DNA of 62,691 nucleotides, the filler included, from Nemertoderma westbladi (lineage: Eukaryota > Animalia > Xenacoelomorpha): the NCBI GenBank assembly GCA_032718475.1. It is 3 parts of 3 records of this genome, joined end to end, with 100 filler letters (N's around TTAATTAATTAA, not from the genome) between each part and the next. Parts side by side here need not be neighbours in the genome. Positions count along the whole stretch, not along the records: positions 47,464 to 62,691 come from JAUCBJ010005692.1; 2 more parts are not named here. One strand, 5' to 3'. The notes beneath the pieces were generated by a model. That model saw only the letters and a program-made list of their open reading frames with translations, made no database searches and was not told the origin of the DNA. The position numbers and the translations under genes were made by a program. This document shows, piece by piece, positions 61,208 through 62,691 of this stretch; the first letter of the stretch is position 1; each line of letters begins with the position of its first letter.

Positions 61208-62691
61208 TGTATTATGGAAATGTATTATCTCAGTCAACGCAACAGTTATGAATTCAAATCATAAATGTAAACTTTAAACTGCAAATCTCGTGTACAGTAC
61301 GCATATTGAAGCCCCCCCCCCCCCCCCCCCATTCCACACCTGCAAAGATTTAATGATGCGGGTCTTTTATTTCATAACACTATTACTTGGCGATGTAAAT
61401 TAACGAAACTTAAGTTACGGTACGTATTACAACAAAATATTTTATTTGAAGTAGTGAACTAGTGCAATATACTGTACTGCAGTCAACGCAACAGTTATGA
61501 TCTATGGGACACCCCCCCCCCCCCCCCCATATGTGACAATTTAAAATAAAAGAAAAAAAATTGCAAATCATAACTTTAAACTGCAAACCTCGTCGTACAG
61601 TATATTGAAAGCACCCGACCCCCCCCCCCCCCCACCCCACCTCAGACCCTCTGCAAACGTAACATTTATTCCCGAACCCTTCCCTCCCCATAGTAATATG
61701 TGAACAGACCCTTAGAGTTGCAATTAAGGACTGTAATCAGTTAACATAAACATACAGTGTTAACCTTATGTTTGATATTACTTAGAATGATGATAGAATT
61801 TCAGCCCCCCCCCCCCCCCCCCCCTTCCCCAGAACTATACACCCCAGATGAAACTGGTGATTTTAAGGACACGCCATTTAAGGATACTCAGCAGTGTTGC
61901 TAGTGCGATAAACGAAAGTCAATAAATCAGGTTACACTGTTATTTTTGGGAGAATCAGGCGTTATTTGCGTCGACTTTCCCCTGGCCGCTTGGAGGCATA
62001 TGAATTTTGATTGCGTCGAAAGTCCACGCCCCCTGCAAGCCCCCCCCCCCCCCCCCCCCACACTTCACGCTGTTCTAGCAGGGAATTCAATCGAAAAAAG
62101 CTGTACATTAAGTACTGTAAGTTACTAGGTAAGTAAAGTAAAGTTATCAGTGTAAGTGTACTGTAGTACATTGTATTCCAGTCAGCCAGTAGAGGATATT
62201 ATTTCAAAATAATACACCTCGTTTATCGTGAAATACTTCGAATAAAGCTACACTCTACGGCGTAGGTCGTTATTAGCCCGGTATATGTCGTTATGCCTCT
62301 ATTGCAGATTGGTTTGGTATAGGAAGGGTTTAGCTCGGTATAGCCTGCATTGGATTGAATTGAAATCTCTTTTTATTAAAATTATAAAGTAAAACAAATA
62401 ACTAACGAAATCAACAATTGACATTTAAATACATGAATTAGAAACGGCAATAATTACAAATAACCACGCCATCAATAAACTGTTCACTCTTCTATAAAAA
62501 CATTTTATGTTTTATAAGGACAAAAGTTTATGCATACTGAGTAGAAACCAAAAATAAATGAATGATCATGCGTTCTAATTAATCGAATCTATTGAAATGG
62601 CAATGTTCTAATAAATTCAAGTTTTAAGTTTGTCTCAAAAGGACTTAACACTTACTGATTCGATAACGTCACTGGGAAGTGAGTTCCATAT

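Overview
AT-rich, repeat-dense animal (invertebrate-like) genomic DNA. It is not one continuous locus: two artificial 100-nt spacers (44 N + TTAATTAATTAA + 44 N) split it into three segments (1-22316, 22417-47363, 47464-62691). Host genes are the first coding exon of a crumbs-like LamG/EGF protein, an intronless nAChR-like pentameric ligand-gated channel that lacks both Cys-loop cysteines, and an intronless RPL17. Mobile DNA includes the 3' part of an LTR element with an extra, decayed ORF (DEDDy 3'-5' exonuclease plus three CCHC knuckles), inserted into a MULE transposase remnant. There is also a young, intact CsRn1-like Ty3/gypsy element with TA...TA LTR ends and a -1 frameshift signal, a complete but frameshifted piggyBac, RTE and CR1-type LINE remnants, and many nested MITEs. 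A 12.9-kb, 35-bp satellite with higher-order structure lies downstream of the crumbs donor site. Best candidates for novelty are the exonuclease/zinc-knuckle cargo ORF, the Cys-less channel, a conserved ~55-68-bp core found inside several unrelated inverted-repeat elements, and TA-x-TA footprint-like insertions. All calls were made by eye from the sequence; no database searches were run.
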